From assembly GCF_000737315.1 (NCBI RefSeq), contig NZ_JMCB01000001.1, positions 744,001 to 808,000 on the forward strand: a DNA stretch of 64,000 bases, written 5' to 3'. This document shows positions 7,185-17,801 of this stretch, piece by piece; the first letter of the stretch is position 1, and each line of letters begins with the position of its first letter. Under the pieces are notes generated by a model. The model was not told the origin of the DNA, made no database searches, and saw only the letters and a list, made by a program, of their open reading frames with translations. The DNA comes from Hyalangium minutum (GTDB taxonomy: Bacteria; Myxococcota; Myxococcia; Myxococcales; Myxococcaceae). Both the position numbers and the translations under genes were made by a program.

Positions 7185-8969
7185 TCAGCGGGGCCGTCCC
7201 CCGCCCCCCTCCATCCGTGCGATGGCCTTCTCGCAGGCCACCCGGAGCCGGGCATGGTTGAGGAAGAACGGCGTGGGTCTCGCGCGGCCCTCCTCCAGGG
7301 AACGAAGCGCCTTGCGGTACTCGGCGGCCGCGTCAGCGAAGGACTCGCGCAGTTCCAACAGCATCGCCAGCAGGTAGCGCGCGGCGGAGAGGTCCGGATC
7401 CAGCGCCAGGCAGCGCCGCAGGTAGTCCTCGGTCTGCGAGTCCGACTCCGCCACCCCTTCGAGCACCTGGGTGAAGAGGCTGTCGGCCTCGGCGAAGAGG
7501 GGCTGCTCCTCCTGGCGCTCCTGCGACTCCGAGGGCTTCACGGTGGGGAACTGCCCGGAGGAGGGGCTTCCCCCCTGCGCCGGAGCAGCGCCCACCGAGG
7601 GAAACCGGCCCGAGTCTCGCCTCAGCTCCGTGCTGCCTCCCACCGAGGGGTACCGGCCCGAATCTCGCGGTCGTGGCTCCGAACCACCTCCCACCGAGGG
7701 GTACCGGCCCGAGTCTCGCCTCAGCTCCGAGCCGCCTCCCACCGAGGGGAACCGGCCCGAGTCTCGCTGGGGCTCGGTGCTGCCCACCGAGGGGAACCGG
7801 CCCGAGTCTCGCGACTGCGGCTCCGAGCCTCCTCCCACCGAAGGGAACCGGCCCGAGTCTCGCCTCAGCTCCGAGCCGCCTCCCACCGAGGCCAACCGGC
7901 CTGAGTCCCGCCGCGTCTCCGAGCCGCCCACCGCGGCAAATCGCCCGGACTCTTTCCGCGGCTCCGAGCCGGGCGCTGGCGGTGTCCCGGAGGGCGTCCC
8001 CGCCTCACGGGCCCAGTCTGGCGGAGGAATCTGCGGCAGGCCCCCTGTCATCGGCACCGTCTCCCGCCGGCGCTCCAGCCCCGAGACCGGCAGCTCATGG
8101 GGGAGCAGTCCCATCCCCGCCGTGCGGAAGCCCTGAGACGCGCTCATGTCCGGCGTGCGGACATAGAAGAAGGCGTGCTGGCTGCGGATGATGCGCAGGC
8201 TCGGCGGGGCGTGCAGCAGCGGCTCCGCGGCCGACAGAATCAGCGTGCCCCCTGGCGCGAGCCGCTCGGCCAGCGCGCTCACCACCCGCTCGAAGGCCTC
8301 GGGGGTGAAGTAGATGAGGACGTTGCGGCAGAAGATGACGTCGAAGCCCTCGCCCCCTCCTCCGGATGGGGTGGGGTATGGCGTCTCCATCAGGTTGTGG
8401 TGCTGGAAGATCGCCCGCTCGCGCAGCTCCGGTATCAGGATGGCGCGCGAGCCATCCGGCATGAAGTAGCGCTCGCGCAGCGAGCCCGGCAGCCTCCGCA
8501 CCTGCTCCCCGGGGAAGCTCAGCGTCCGCGCCCGGTTGAGCGCCGCCTCGGAGATGTCCGTGCCCAGCACGGTGCTGCCCTGATCCGCCCGCGCCTCGTC
8601 GAGCATGATGAGCAGCGTGGCCACCTCCTCGCCCGTGGCGCAACCCGCGCTCCACACGCGCAGAGGCCGCCCCAGTGACTTCGAGACCAGCGGCTCCAGC
8701 ACGTGAGCGCGGAAGTCCTGCAGCTGCACCTCGTCCCGGAACAGGTCCGTCTTGTGGACGGCCACCACGGAGATGAGCGTGGAGAGATCCGCCGCGCCCG
8801 AGGGCGACTGCAGGTGGAGCAGGTACTGTTGCTCGGAGAGTGAGCCCTGCAGCACCGTCAGCCGCTCATCCAGTCTGCGCCGCTGTGCCCCGCTCAAGGC
8901 CATGCCCGTCCGGGCCGCGATATAGGCCTGGACGAGCAATGTGGAGCGGGGAGGCGCCAAGCCGGTCAC
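7185..8969 (-). CDS. cheR: CheR methyltransferase with an internal tandem repeat and C-terminal TPR (CheR3-like)
   Basis: [41 protein letters not shown] overlap with cheB. Confidence 0.9.
   Translation of the reverse strand: MTGLAPPRSTLLVQAYIAARTGMALSGAQRRRLDERLTVLQGSLSEQQYLLHLQSPSGAADLSTLISVVAVHKTDLFRDEVQLQDFRAHVLEPLVSKSLGRPLRVWSAGCATGEEVATLLIMLDEARADQGSTVLGTDISEAALNRARTLSFPGEQVRRLPGSLRERYFMPDGSRAILIPELRERAIFQHHNLMETPYPTPSGGGGEGFDVIFCRNVLIYFTPEAFERVVSALAERLAPGGTLILSAAEPLLHAPPSLRIIRSQHAFFYVRTPDMSASQGFRTAGMGLLPHELPVSGLERRRETVPMTGGLPQIPPPDWAREAGTPSGTPPAPGSEPRKESGRFAAVGGSETRRDSGRLASVGGGSELRRDSGRFPSVGGGSEPQSRDSGRFPSVGSTEPQRDSGRFPSVGGGSELRRDSGRYPSVGGGSEPRPRDSGRYPSVGGSTELRRDSGRFPSVGAAPAQGGSPSSGQFPTVKPSESQERQEEQPLFAEADSLFTQVLEGVAESDSQTEDYLRRCLALDPDLSAARYLLAMLLELRESFADAAAEYRKALRSLEEGRARPTPFFLNHARLRVACEKAIARMEGGGGRPR
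7591..7960 (-). repeat. Coding tandem repeat, 8 copies of ~45-51 nt encoding (R/S/Q/P)RDSGR(F/Y)PSVGGG(S/T)E
   Basis: Repeated cccaccgaggg(a/g/t)accggcccgagtctcg blocks, all in frame in cheR. Confidence 0.9.
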
Positions 8970-10024
8970 CGCCCCTGGGCGAGAGGTTCACCCCGCGTCA
9001 GCCGCACCAGCGACGTGGCCACCTCGTCCCCATGGACCAGGTGATCCACCGCGTTGCGCTCCACGGCCGCCCCGGGCATGCCGAACACCACACAGGACTC
9101 CTCGTTCTGAGCCACGGTGACACCGCCGGCCTGCTTGATGGCGAGCATGCCCGCCGCCCCGTCCTCGCCCATGCCGGTGAGGATGACGCCCAGCGCTCGC
9201 CGCCCGTACGCCTTGGCCACGCTCTCCAGCAGCACCGTGGCCGACGGCATGTGCCCGTCCCGCTCCACGCCCGGCTTGAGCGCCACGCGCCCTCGGAACG
9301 GAATCACCATGTGCATGCCGGGCGGAGCAATCAGCACGTGCCCCGGCATCAGCAGCTCGCCGTCCTGCGCCAGTCGAACCTTCAGCTTCGAGGAGTTGGC
9401 CAGCCACCCCGCCAGCGACTCGGCGAACGCGGCGTTGATGTGCTGGACGATGGCGATGGGCGCCGGGAAGTCCGCGGGCAGCTCGGAGATCATCCGCTGG
9501 AGGATCTGTGGCCCCCCCGTGGACGCGCCCACTGCCACCATGCCCACGCTGGCCGGAAGGACCGAGGGCAGGGTCTCCGGCTTGAAGGCCGGTGTAATCC
9601 GCTTGGGCCCTCGCAGGTGGCGGATGACGCGCACCGAGGACAGCAGCTTCAGCTCCTTGGCCAGGTTCCACGCCTCGAGCCCATCGTCGATGGACGGCTT
9701 CACGCGCAGGCCCAGCGCGCCGAGCTCCAGCGCGCGGCACGTCAGCTCCGGAGCCTGGCTGCGCGGGTCCGCGGTCAGCACCAGGATGGGCGTGGGGCAC
9801 TCGGCCATGATGTGCTCCACGGCCGTGAGCCCATCCATCACCGGCATGTCCACATCCATGGTGATGACGTTCGGGCGCAGCTCCTTGACGCGAGCCACCG
9901 CCTCCTTGCCATCAGCGCACGTGGCGACGACCTGGAGATCCGGGTCCTGCCCCAGTGCTTCGCAGATGAGCTGTCGGCAGATGAGCGAGTCATCGACCAC
10001 CAGCACCGACACTTTCTTGCCCAT
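8966..10024 (-). CDS. cheB: CheB methylesterase (receiver plus esterase), CheB3-like
   Basis: VVDDS and TMDVDMP receiver. Catalytic GASTGG, VQH and TGMGEDG. Start at MGKKV. Confidence 0.93.
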   Translation of the reverse strand: MGKKVSVLVVDDSLICRQLICEALGQDPDLQVVATCADGKEAVARVKELRPNVITMDVDMPVMDGLTAVEHIMAECPTPILVLTADPRSQAPELTCRALELGALGLRVKPSIDDGLEAWNLAKELKLLSSVRVIRHLRGPKRITPAFKPETLPSVLPASVGMVAVGASTGGPQILQRMISELPADFPAPIAIVQHINAAFAESLAGWLANSSKLKVRLAQDGELLMPGHVLIAPPGMHMVIPFRGRVALKPGVERDGHMPSATVLLESVAKAYGRRALGVILTGMGEDGAAGMLAIKQAGGVTVAQNEESCVVFGMPGAAVERNAVDHLVHGDEVATSLVRLTRGEPLAQGR

Positions 10025-10093
10025 TACCTGTGCATACCCCGTGCGCGCCCTCAGGAGTATACCCAATGGCTCCCGGTGTCCTTAGGGCGGCCT

Positions 10094-12598
10094 TTACCCC
10101 AACAAGCGCTTCACGACATCCACCAGATCCTGGCGCACCAAATCTCCCTTGGTGATGTAACCGTCCGCCCCCACCGCCAACCCCTTCTTCCGGTCTTCCT
10201 CCCCTCCACGGGTAGTGAGAATAATGACTGGGAGTCGGTTAAGGGTGTCATGGCCCTTGATCTGGCGGGTGAGCTCCAGTCCGTCCAGGCCGGGCATCTC
10301 CAAGTCAGTGACGACCAGGTCCACCTGGGTGGTGGAGAGCAGGTGGATGGCCTCGGCGCCGTCCGCGGCGGAGATGGTGTCATACCCGACCGCCTCCAGG
10401 AGCGCGGCGATGAGCTCGCGGGTGAGGGGTGAGTCATCCACGACCATGATGCGGCGGCGGTGGACCTCCTGGGCCCGCTCGGAGGTGCGGGGCAGACGGG
10501 CCGTCAGGGAGCCATAGGCACCTGCGGTGAGGTAGGCGGCGGCGAGCACCATGGCCAACCGGCCGTCCGCCAGGGTGGTGGCACCGCTGAGGTGCCCGAA
10601 CCGGCCCAGCAGGCCTCTCAGGGGAAGGATCGCCTGGACACGCTCCTCCAGCACGCGCTCCACGGCCAGCGCGGCGGTGGCGCCCTGGCTGCGGACCACG
10701 AGCACCAGCGTGCCATCCGTGGGAGGCCGCTCGGGGGCCAGCCCCAGCAGGCTCGAGAGGTGGCAGAAGGGCAGCACCCGGCCGTCCACGTTCAGCGCCG
10801 GCCGCCCGGCCAGCTCCGTCATGGCCGACAGGTCCAGCTTCACGGCCCGGGAGACATGGGTGGCGCTCAGCGCCAGCGTCTCGTCCCCCGCCTTCACGAA
10901 GAGCAGCGGCGCCACCGTGAGGGACACGGGGACGCGAATCTCGAAGATGGTGCCCCAGCCGGGCGCGGACTCGACGCCCACATCTCCGCCCAGCAGCTGC
11001 ACCGCGCTGCGCACGGCGTCCAGCCCCACGCCGCGGCCGGAGATGTGCGTGGCCACCTCGCGCGAGGAGAAGCCGGAGAGGAAGATGAGGTCTCTCGCCT
11101 GGCCCTCGGTGAGCGACGTGGCGGTCATCTCATCCAGGAAGCCCCGGCGCACCGCCACCTTGCGCAGCATGGCCGTGTCCAGGCCCACGCCGTCATCCTC
11201 TACCCGGAGGACGATGCGGTTACCCTCGCGCGAGGCGCGCAGCGTGAGGCAGCCCTTGGGGCGCTTGCCCGCAGCCACGCGGTCCACCCGGCTCTCCAGG
11301 CCGTGATCCAGCGCGTTGCGGATGAGGTGCAGGAGCGGCTCGCGCAGGGCCTCCACCACGGCGCGGTCGGCGCGGGTGTCCTCGCCGTCCATCACCAGAT
11401 CCACTTCCTTGCCCAGCTCGCGGGCCAGATCGCGCACCACCCGGGGGTAGGGCTCGAAGAGGACCGACAGCGGCAGCATGCGGACCCGCTGCACCTCCTC
11501 CACCACCTGCCCCAGGTCCCTCAGCTCCTCGTTGGCGAGCAGCTTGGCCTCGCGGTGCAGCGCCGCGGCCAGGTCCTTGGCCTTGTTCAGCTTCGCTGCG
11601 AACGCCGAGCCCGCCGGGCCCAGGTCCTCGGCCTCGCGGGCCAGCTGCGCCAGCTCCCGGGCCAGCCCGAGGCGGCGGCCATTGGCCAGCTCCCGCCGCC
11701 GCGCCACCTGCGTGAGGTTGGTGGCGGCACTGGTGAGCAGATCCAGGCTGGAGACATCGATACGAACCGACCTGTCCGCGCGCGGCTCCGGCCTCGCGGG
11801 CTGAACGGAAGGGCCCTGCGCGGCAGAGGAAGCGGCCGCGCCGGGACCGCTGAGCGGAGGCCCGGACCGGACCGGCGCCTGGGGCGACAGGTTCGGGGCC
11901 AGCGGGCGCATTGGCTGAGACTGGCCGCCCGGCGACACAGACGCCGTGCCTCCCGAGGGAGTCGCCCCGGGGTTACCGGCCCTGGATGCCGAACCCGCCC
12001 CAGTGGCTCCGGACGCAGCGCCCTGGAGCGCCGCGGTGGGCAAGGGAATCGGCGTGAAGAAGCGGGGGGCGGGCACCGGCTGGCTCGGCGCGGAGGGCGG
12101 CGAGGCGTGCTGCGAAGCCGCGGAGGCCGTTCCCGGAGCGGGAGTTTGCGCCGGGGTGGAGGCCGGCTTCGGAACCGCGGGGAGGACCACCGGGTCGGGA
12201 ACGGAGCTCCCATGCTGGGACTGCTCGCTCTTGGTGCGCTCCCGCAGCCACGTCACGAGCTTCTCCACCTCGGGGGCATCGTCGGACGCCACCAGGCCGG
12301 AGAGGATCATCACCGCGTCCGCGGACTTGAGGAGCGCGTCAGCGGAGTCATGGGACATCGAGTAGGAAACAGGCTCACTGGATTTGACGAGCTCCTCCAT
12401 CTCGTGGACGAGCACGTTGATGCTGTCGAAGCCCATCATCCGGGCCTCGCCCTTGAGGCCGTGGAGCTCGCGAAGCGCCTTGCGCCCCGTCTCCACGTTG
12501 CCTCCGGAATCCAGCTCCACGATGGCGCGGTTGATGCGCTCCAGGCGCACCCCGACCAGGTCGCGGAACTGCTTGAGCAGACGATCCCGCGGTGTCAC
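10094..12598 (-). CDS. cheA: Hybrid CheA (Hpt - Pro/Ala linker - HATPase - CheW - receiver), CheA3-like
   Basis: LRELHGLKG Hpt, HLIRNALDHG, EDDGVG, GFSSR, SGRGVGLD, and a C-terminal receiver (VTDLEMP). Confidence 0.93.
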   Translation of the reverse strand: MTPRDRLLKQFRDLVGVRLERINRAIVELDSGGNVETGRKALRELHGLKGEARMMGFDSINVLVHEMEELVKSSEPVSYSMSHDSADALLKSADAVMILSGLVASDDAPEVEKLVTWLRERTKSEQSQHGSSVPDPVVLPAVPKPASTPAQTPAPGTASAASQHASPPSAPSQPVPAPRFFTPIPLPTAALQGAASGATGAGSASRAGNPGATPSGGTASVSPGGQSQPMRPLAPNLSPQAPVRSGPPLSGPGAAASSAAQGPSVQPARPEPRADRSVRIDVSSLDLLTSAATNLTQVARRRELANGRRLGLARELAQLAREAEDLGPAGSAFAAKLNKAKDLAAALHREAKLLANEELRDLGQVVEEVQRVRMLPLSVLFEPYPRVVRDLARELGKEVDLVMDGEDTRADRAVVEALREPLLHLIRNALDHGLESRVDRVAAGKRPKGCLTLRASREGNRIVLRVEDDGVGLDTAMLRKVAVRRGFLDEMTATSLTEGQARDLIFLSGFSSREVATHISGRGVGLDAVRSAVQLLGGDVGVESAPGWGTIFEIRVPVSLTVAPLLFVKAGDETLALSATHVSRAVKLDLSAMTELAGRPALNVDGRVLPFCHLSSLLGLAPERPPTDGTLVLVVRSQGATAALAVERVLEERVQAILPLRGLLGRFGHLSGATTLADGRLAMVLAAAYLTAGAYGSLTARLPRTSERAQEVHRRRIMVVDDSPLTRELIAALLEAVGYDTISAADGAEAIHLLSTTQVDLVVTDLEMPGLDGLELTRQIKGHDTLNRLPVIILTTRGGEEDRKKGLAVGADGYITKGDLVRQDLVDVVKRLLG

Positions 12599-14415
12599 CC
12601 GTCACTCCTCGGGGGCGGCACCTGGCTGAGGTTGATCTGGAAGCGCTCCACCACGTTGCGAAGATCCAGCGCGAGCACCAGCAGATCACCGTTGGCCGTG
12701 CTCACCTGCTTGGTGGCGTTCAGGCTCTGCTGGGTGATGCGGAGGATGTCCGCCATGGTGTCCGCGAGCTGATCGGTACCGGTCTGCTGCTGCTGGGTGG
12801 CCAGCGAGATGGAGCGCACCGCGTCCGACGTCTGGCCGGCCAGATCGAGGATCTGCTTGAGGGACTCGGAGACCTGCTGCGCCAGCGAGGTGCCCGTGTC
12901 CGTGGCGCGCACGCCGCCCTCCGTGGCCGCTACCGCGGCACGCGAGGCCTCGCGCACCTCCTCGATGAGGCCTTCGATCTCCTTGGTGGACTCCAGCACG
13001 TTCTCCGCGAGGCGGCGCATCTCCGCGGCCACCAGCGAGAAGCCCCGGCCCACCTCGCCCGCCTTGGTGCCCTCCAGCTCGGCGTTGAGCGCCAGCAGGT
13101 CCGACTTGTCGGCCACGCCGTTGATGAACTCGACGATCTTGCCGATCTGCTGCACGCGCTTGTTGAGCCGGGTCACCGCCGAGGCGATGGCCTGGTTGTC
13201 GTTGCGCATGCGGCTCATGGAGGCCAGGAAGGCCTCGGCGCTGCCCTGCCCGCCCTGGGCCGCCGCGAGCGTGCGCTGGGCGATCTCCGCCACCGAGCCC
13301 GCGTTCTCCGCGATCTGCCGCGCGCTCCGCGCCAGTTCTTCCGTGGTGGCGCTCGTCTCATCCAGCGAGCTGGCCTGCTCGGCGGCGCCCGCCTCGTAGC
13401 GGCCCGAGGTGCTGAGGATCTCCTCCGTGGTGGCGCTGATCTGCGCGCCCGCGCGCTGAAGCTGCGAGAGCACGTCCGCCAGGTGCGCCCGCATCATCGC
13501 GAAGGCCGCTGAGACGGCCCACACCTCATCCTCGGCGGGGATCAGCCGGGGCGAGGCCAGGTTGCCGTCCGCGATGCGCCGCGCCTCCTCGGCGAGCTGG
13601 CGGATGGGACGTCCCACCAGCGTACCGCCCAGGTACGCGGTGGTGAGCGCCAGCCCGAACACGAGCAAGCACAGCGCCCCGCCATAGATGAGGGCTTCCT
13701 CGCGCAGCTCCTTCACCCGCACCAACTGCTCCTCCTGGGGCGTGGCCAGCACCTCCGCATAGGTGCGCTCCGCCAGCGAGGAGGCGAGGTTGGAGGTGAG
13801 CAGCGCGGGCGTCACCACGGCGATGGCGGTGAAGAGCACCAGCCGCACGCGGATCTGCGCACGCCGGGGCAGCGCGGCGATGAGCTGCGAGTGGCTCAAC
13901 CCGAGCTCGCTCAGCCACAGCACCACCTGGCGGGCCCTCAGGGTGACCATGCAATGGACGAGCAGCGCGGTGATGGGGCCAAAGAGGAACCCCAGACCGG
14001 CCGCGCTCAAGCCCAACCGCCAGCCGGCATGGCTCCCCGTGGCCAACACAACGCCCAGCACCGACGTGCTGAGCAGCCACATGGCCAGCGACTTGACGAA
14101 CGTCGTGTCCGCGGCGCGGGTGGCCTCCACCGCAGCCAGGGACAGGTTCTCCGGGGTGGGGGCCACATCGCCACGCTCCAGGCCGCGCAACACCCGGACG
14201 CTCCTCATCAACATCGCGCCGCCCGCAACCGAGGCGGCCGCACAAGCCAGCACGCCAGCCCACATCACCCAGGCGAAGGAGCCGTCCAGCTGGTCCTTCA
14301 GCGTGAGCGCGGCGTAGTAGGAGGCCAGCCCCGCCCCGATGAGGTTGCCCACGGGGACGGGGACCGCAAGGTGCCGGCTGAACGAGGCGCGCCGGGAAGT
14401 GCCGCTCGTGCTCAT
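12595..14415 (-). CDS. Membrane-bound methyl-accepting chemotaxis protein (Mcp3B-like)
   Basis: Multi-TM N-terminus, HAMP domain, IADKSDLLALNAELEG/GRGFSLVAAEMRRLA-type signalling hairpin. Confidence 0.9.
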   Translation of the reverse strand: MSTSGTSRRASFSRHLAVPVPVGNLIGAGLASYYAALTLKDQLDGSFAWVMWAGVLACAAASVAGGAMLMRSVRVLRGLERGDVAPTPENLSLAAVEATRAADTTFVKSLAMWLLSTSVLGVVLATGSHAGWRLGLSAAGLGFLFGPITALLVHCMVTLRARQVVLWLSELGLSHSQLIAALPRRAQIRVRLVLFTAIAVVTPALLTSNLASSLAERTYAEVLATPQEEQLVRVKELREEALIYGGALCLLVFGLALTTAYLGGTLVGRPIRQLAEEARRIADGNLASPRLIPAEDEVWAVSAAFAMMRAHLADVLSQLQRAGAQISATTEEILSTSGRYEAGAAEQASSLDETSATTEELARSARQIAENAGSVAEIAQRTLAAAQGGQGSAEAFLASMSRMRNDNQAIASAVTRLNKRVQQIGKIVEFINGVADKSDLLALNAELEGTKAGEVGRGFSLVAAEMRRLAENVLESTKEIEGLIEEVREASRAAVAATEGGVRATDTGTSLAQQVSESLKQILDLAGQTSDAVRSISLATQQQQTGTDQLADTMADILRITQQSLNATKQVSTANGDLLVLALDLRNVVERFQINLSQVPPPRSDG

Positions 14416-14418
14416 CGG

Positions 14419-16215
14419 CTAGCCCTCTCTCCCGGCCAGCTGGAAGCGCTCCACCACCAACTTGAGGTCGCGCGCCAGCGTGGACAGATCGCTGTTGGCC
14501 GCCACCATCTGCTTGGTGGCCGAGGCGTTCTGCTCGGTGACGCGAAGAATGTCGCCCATGGCGGCGGCCAGCTGGTCGGTGCCCGTCTGCTGCTGCTGGG
14601 TGGCCAGCGAGATGGAGCGCACCGCGTGCGAGGTCTGCCGCGCCAGCTCGAGGATGAGGCTGAGGCTCTCGTCCACCTGCGCGGCCAGCAGCGTGCCCGC
14701 GTCCGTCGTCTTCAACCCCGCCTCCGTGGCCATCACCGCCGCGTGCGTCGCATCGCGGATCTCTTCAATCAGCTGCTCGATGGTGCGCGTGGAGCGGATG
14801 ACGTTCTCCGCCAGGCGGCGCATCTCCGCGGCCACCAGCGAGAAGCCCCGGCCCACCTCACCGGCCTTGGTGCCCTCCAGCTCCGCGTTGAGCGCCAGCA
14901 GGTCCGACTTGTCGGCGATCTCGTTGATGAACTCGACCACCTTGCCGATCTGCTGCACGCGCTTGTTGAGCCGCACCACCGCGTCCGCGATGGACTGGTT
15001 GTCCTCCTTCATCCGCTGCATGGCGGTGAGGAAGGCGGCGGCGTTGCGCTGGCCATTCTGGGCCGCGGCGAAGGTGCGCTCGGCGATGCCCGCCACGGAA
15101 TCCGAGTTGCCGGCGATCTGCTGCGCGCTCCGGGCCAGCTCCTCCGTGGTGGCGCTCGTCTCATTGAGGGAGCTGGACTGCTCGTCCGCGCCCGACTCCT
15201 GCTCCGTGGAGGTGGCCACCAGCTGCTCGGTGGTGCTGGAGATCTGCATGCCCGCGCGCCGCATCTGCGCCAGCGCCTGCCCCAACTGGGCCTGCATCTG
15301 CACGAAGGCGGCCGAAGCGGCCCACACCTCATCCTCCGCGGGGATGACGCGCGGCGGCCGCAGGTCTCCCTTCGCGATGCGCGTGGCGTCCTCGGTGATG
15401 GCGCGCAGCGGCTCGGACAGGGCGGAGCCGGCCGCATACGCGGTGCCCAGCACCAGCAGGATGACGAAGCCCGACAGCAGCCCCAGCGCCAGGTTGTGCT
15501 CGCTCCGGGCCCGCGCCACCACGGCCGCCTGCGCCTCCGGGCTCTGGGCCTGGAGGATCTCGTCCATCACCCGTACCGCCCGGGAGATGGACACATCCAG
15601 GATGAAGAAGGAGGGGCACAGCACCGCGATGGCGGTGAAGGTCAGCAACCGGCGGCGCAGCTTCTGCCGCCGGGGAGGCACCGCTTCGATGAACTCCAGC
15701 GCGGACAAACCCTCGTTGGCGATGCGATCGGCCGCCGTGCGGCTGCGGCGCATCACCAGCAGGTGGACGAGCAGCGCGCTCAGGGGCCCCAGCGCCATCA
15801 CCACCAGGGCGATGCGCAGGCTCACGTTCCACGGCTCGTTCACCAGGGGCGGGAAGGCCAGGGCCACCAGCAGCGAGCCACCGCACCAGCCCAGCAGCGT
15901 GAACCAGAAGCAGCGCTCCGGCATGGCGCGCGCTTCCTGCAGCGCCTGGCGCAGGTTGTCCGGCGTGGCGGGCACCTTGCCCTTCCCCACCGCCCAGAGC
16001 GTGCGCAGCGCGCGCCGCTCGAGGATGCGCGACAGCCCCAGCGCCAGCGCCACCGCCAGCGCCACCAGGAAGAAGTAGGCGCGCCACGCGCCCGCGGGCG
16101 GCGTGTACTCCAGTTGCCCATAGGACAGCCCGAGCACCAGCCCCAGCCCACCGACGAGCCACGAGGGCCGCGTCAGCCACTGCGCCAGCCCTTGGATTCC
16201 CGTGGGCGTGCTCAT
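14419..16215 (-). CDS. Membrane-bound methyl-accepting chemotaxis protein (Mcp3A-like)
   Basis: Paralog of the neighbouring MCP with a near-identical signalling domain. ATGA overlap supports the start at MSTPTG. Confidence 0.9.
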   Translation of the reverse strand: MSTPTGIQGLAQWLTRPSWLVGGLGLVLGLSYGQLEYTPPAGAWRAYFFLVALAVALALGLSRILERRALRTLWAVGKGKVPATPDNLRQALQEARAMPERCFWFTLLGWCGGSLLVALAFPPLVNEPWNVSLRIALVVMALGPLSALLVHLLVMRRSRTAADRIANEGLSALEFIEAVPPRRQKLRRRLLTFTAIAVLCPSFFILDVSISRAVRVMDEILQAQSPEAQAAVVARARSEHNLALGLLSGFVILLVLGTAYAAGSALSEPLRAITEDATRIAKGDLRPPRVIPAEDEVWAASAAFVQMQAQLGQALAQMRRAGMQISSTTEQLVATSTEQESGADEQSSSLNETSATTEELARSAQQIAGNSDSVAGIAERTFAAAQNGQRNAAAFLTAMQRMKEDNQSIADAVVRLNKRVQQIGKVVEFINEIADKSDLLALNAELEGTKAGEVGRGFSLVAAEMRRLAENVIRSTRTIEQLIEEIRDATHAAVMATEAGLKTTDAGTLLAAQVDESLSLILELARQTSHAVRSISLATQQQQTGTDQLAAAMGDILRVTEQNASATKQMVAANSDLSTLARDLKLVVERFQLAGREG

Positions 16216-16586
16216 GCGGCCTCCCGGGCAGCATCCGACAGGAAGTGCTCGAACTCCACCAGCCGCACCAGCGGCCAGAGCTCCCCTCGCACGGCGATGA
16301 AGCCAATCAGACACCCACCCGCCACGCGCTCCAGCACCCGAGGCGCGGGCAGCACGCGGTGCACCTCCGCGTCGATCTCCAGCGTGTCCACTCCCACCGT
16401 CTCTCCCGAGGGCGCCAGCAGCACGCGCGAGGCCCCCGCCGGCAGCCCGAAGGCCTGGCTCGCCGAGCGCGAGCGCCCCGCGTGCAGAGAGGGCACGTCA
16501 ATGACGGCGACATCCACCGCCGGGAAGGCGATGCGGTGTGGCCCGGCATGGCACAAGAGCGTGCCGCTGACCTGAAGCCCCTGCAT
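16212..16586 (-). CDS. CheW-like protein (divergent)
   Basis: Short CheW-like fold (GFIAVRGELWPLVRL) at its expected operon position. Confidence 0.65.
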   Translation of the reverse strand: MQGLQVSGTLLCHAGPHRIAFPAVDVAVIDVPSLHAGRSRSASQAFGLPAGASRVLLAPSGETVGVDTLEIDAEVHRVLPAPRVLERVAGGCLIGFIAVRGELWPLVRLVEFEHFLSDAAREAA

Positions 16587-16589
16587 GGC

Positions 16590-17024
16590 TCAGGCTCCCT
16601 GGCTGAGGTGATCGAAGAGCCCGTCGGTATCAATCACCGCCACATCCCGCTGGGCACCCTTGGCCGGGCCGCGCAGGTGCACGTGCACGCCACTGGAGCC
16701 CAACGGCTCCAGGCTGCCGGACACCAGGGACACACCGGCCACCGTGCTCGCCGTCAACGCCAGCGAGCCCCGGGGCAGCCGGACGAGCACCGCGCGCTTG
16801 GTGGACTGGCTGCCGGTTCCCACCAGCAGCCCCATGTCCACCACGGGGATCACCTCACCCCGGTGCGCGAAGACGCCCAGCAAATAGGCAGGAGCCCCCG
16901 GCACCCGCGTGAGCTCCGGGAAGGTAACCACCTCCGCCGCGCTCTCCGCAGGCACCGCGTACCAGCTGCTCCCACATGCAAACACAAGGTAGGATTGTCG
17001 CCCTTCAGACTCAGAGACGGCCAT
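16590..17024 (-). CDS. CheW-like coupling protein
   Basis: LTRVPGAPAYLLGVFAHRGEVIPVVDM signature. Which of the two CheW-like genes is crdC and which is cheW3 cannot be decided here. Confidence 0.85.
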   Translation of the reverse strand: MAVSESEGRQSYLVFACGSSWYAVPAESAAEVVTFPELTRVPGAPAYLLGVFAHRGEVIPVVDMGLLVGTGSQSTKRAVLVRLPRGSLALTASTVAGVSLVSGSLEPLGSSGVHVHLRGPAKGAQRDVAVIDTDGLFDHLSQGA

Positions 17025-17045
17025 CGGGCGACAGCCTACCTCAGA

Positions 17046-17801
17046 TCAACGGCGAAACTCGACGCGGCGGTTCTGGCTCCACGCTTCCTCGTCTGAGGCC
17101 TGGTTAAGCGGGCGAGTCTCGCCGTAGCCCACGGTGTCCAGGCTCTTGGAGGGGATGCCCAGGTCGACCAGGTAGCGCTTGACCGAGGCGGCGCGGCGGT
17201 TGGAGAGCTGGAGGTTGTACTCCTCGGTGCCGCGATCGTCCGCGTGGCCCTCCAGGGTGATCTTCCCGGAGGCCTTGGTGGACTTGATGCAGTCGGCCAG
17301 CTCGGACAGGCGGCTCTGGCCCTCGGAGCTCAGCGTGGCCTCATTGAAGCCGAAGCGGATGGGCTCCCAGTTGCACTGCTTGGGGCCACCGGCCACGCAC
17401 TGGCCGGCCTTGCACTCCTGGCCCTCGCCGCAGTCGGCGCTGGAGGAGCAGGTGTTCTGCGGCGCCTGGCAGCGGCCGCGCTCGCACTTGCTGCCGGAGG
17501 GGCACTGGGTGTCGCCCTTGCACTGGGCTGGGGCGCACTTGCCCGCCTCGCAGATGCGGCCATCACCGCACGCGGTGTCGGTGGTGCACTCGGGGGCCTT
17601 GGGGACGCACTTGTTGGCCTGGCAGGAGAAGCCTTCCTTGCAGTTGGCATCGGTGGCGCACTCCTGGCACTGCCCCTGGACGCAGACCTCGCCGTGGGAC
17701 TGGCACGCCTCGTCGTTGTCGCAGTTGGGGTAGGGCTTGGGGCAGCCCGTCATGAACGCCATGGCGAGAGCGAGCCCTGCCACCATCGAAATCCTACGCA
17801 T
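17046..17801 (-). CDS. crdB: Lipoprotein with Cys-rich repeats and an OmpA/Pal peptidoglycan-binding domain (CrdB-like)
   Basis: Lipobox FMTG-C, repeated CxxDxxC..C..GxC units, EGHADDRG/YNLQLSNRRA/NRRVEF. First gene of the che operon. Confidence 0.75.
   Translation of the reverse strand: MRRISMVAGLALAMAFMTGCPKPYPNCDNDEACQSHGEVCVQGQCQECATDANCKEGFSCQANKCVPKAPECTTDTACGDGRICEAGKCAPAQCKGDTQCPSGSKCERGRCQAPQNTCSSSADCGEGQECKAGQCVAGGPKQCNWEPIRFGFNEATLSSEGQSRLSELADCIKSTKASGKITLEGHADDRGTEEYNLQLSNRRAASVKRYLVDLGIPSKSLDTVGYGETRPLNQASDEEAWSQNRRVEFRR

Noticed and set aside
7591-7960. CRISPR-like direct repeats
   Set aside because: There are no unique spacers and no cas genes. Unit lengths keep the frame and encode a peptide repeat inside cheR.
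10056-10084. Internal promoter for cheB-cheR (TATACT)
   Set aside because: The -10 box is good, but there is no -35 or extended -10 support, so it is too weak to call.
13020-14960. Near-identical DNA blocks ~1.8 kb apart as an insertion-associated duplication
   Set aside because: They are the conserved signalling tips of the two tandem MCP paralogs.
7185-17801. Calling the operon frz or dif
   Set aside because: It has two membrane-bound MCPs, a leading OmpA lipoprotein and a divergent sigma54 activator, which fit Che3. FrzCD is cytoplasmic.
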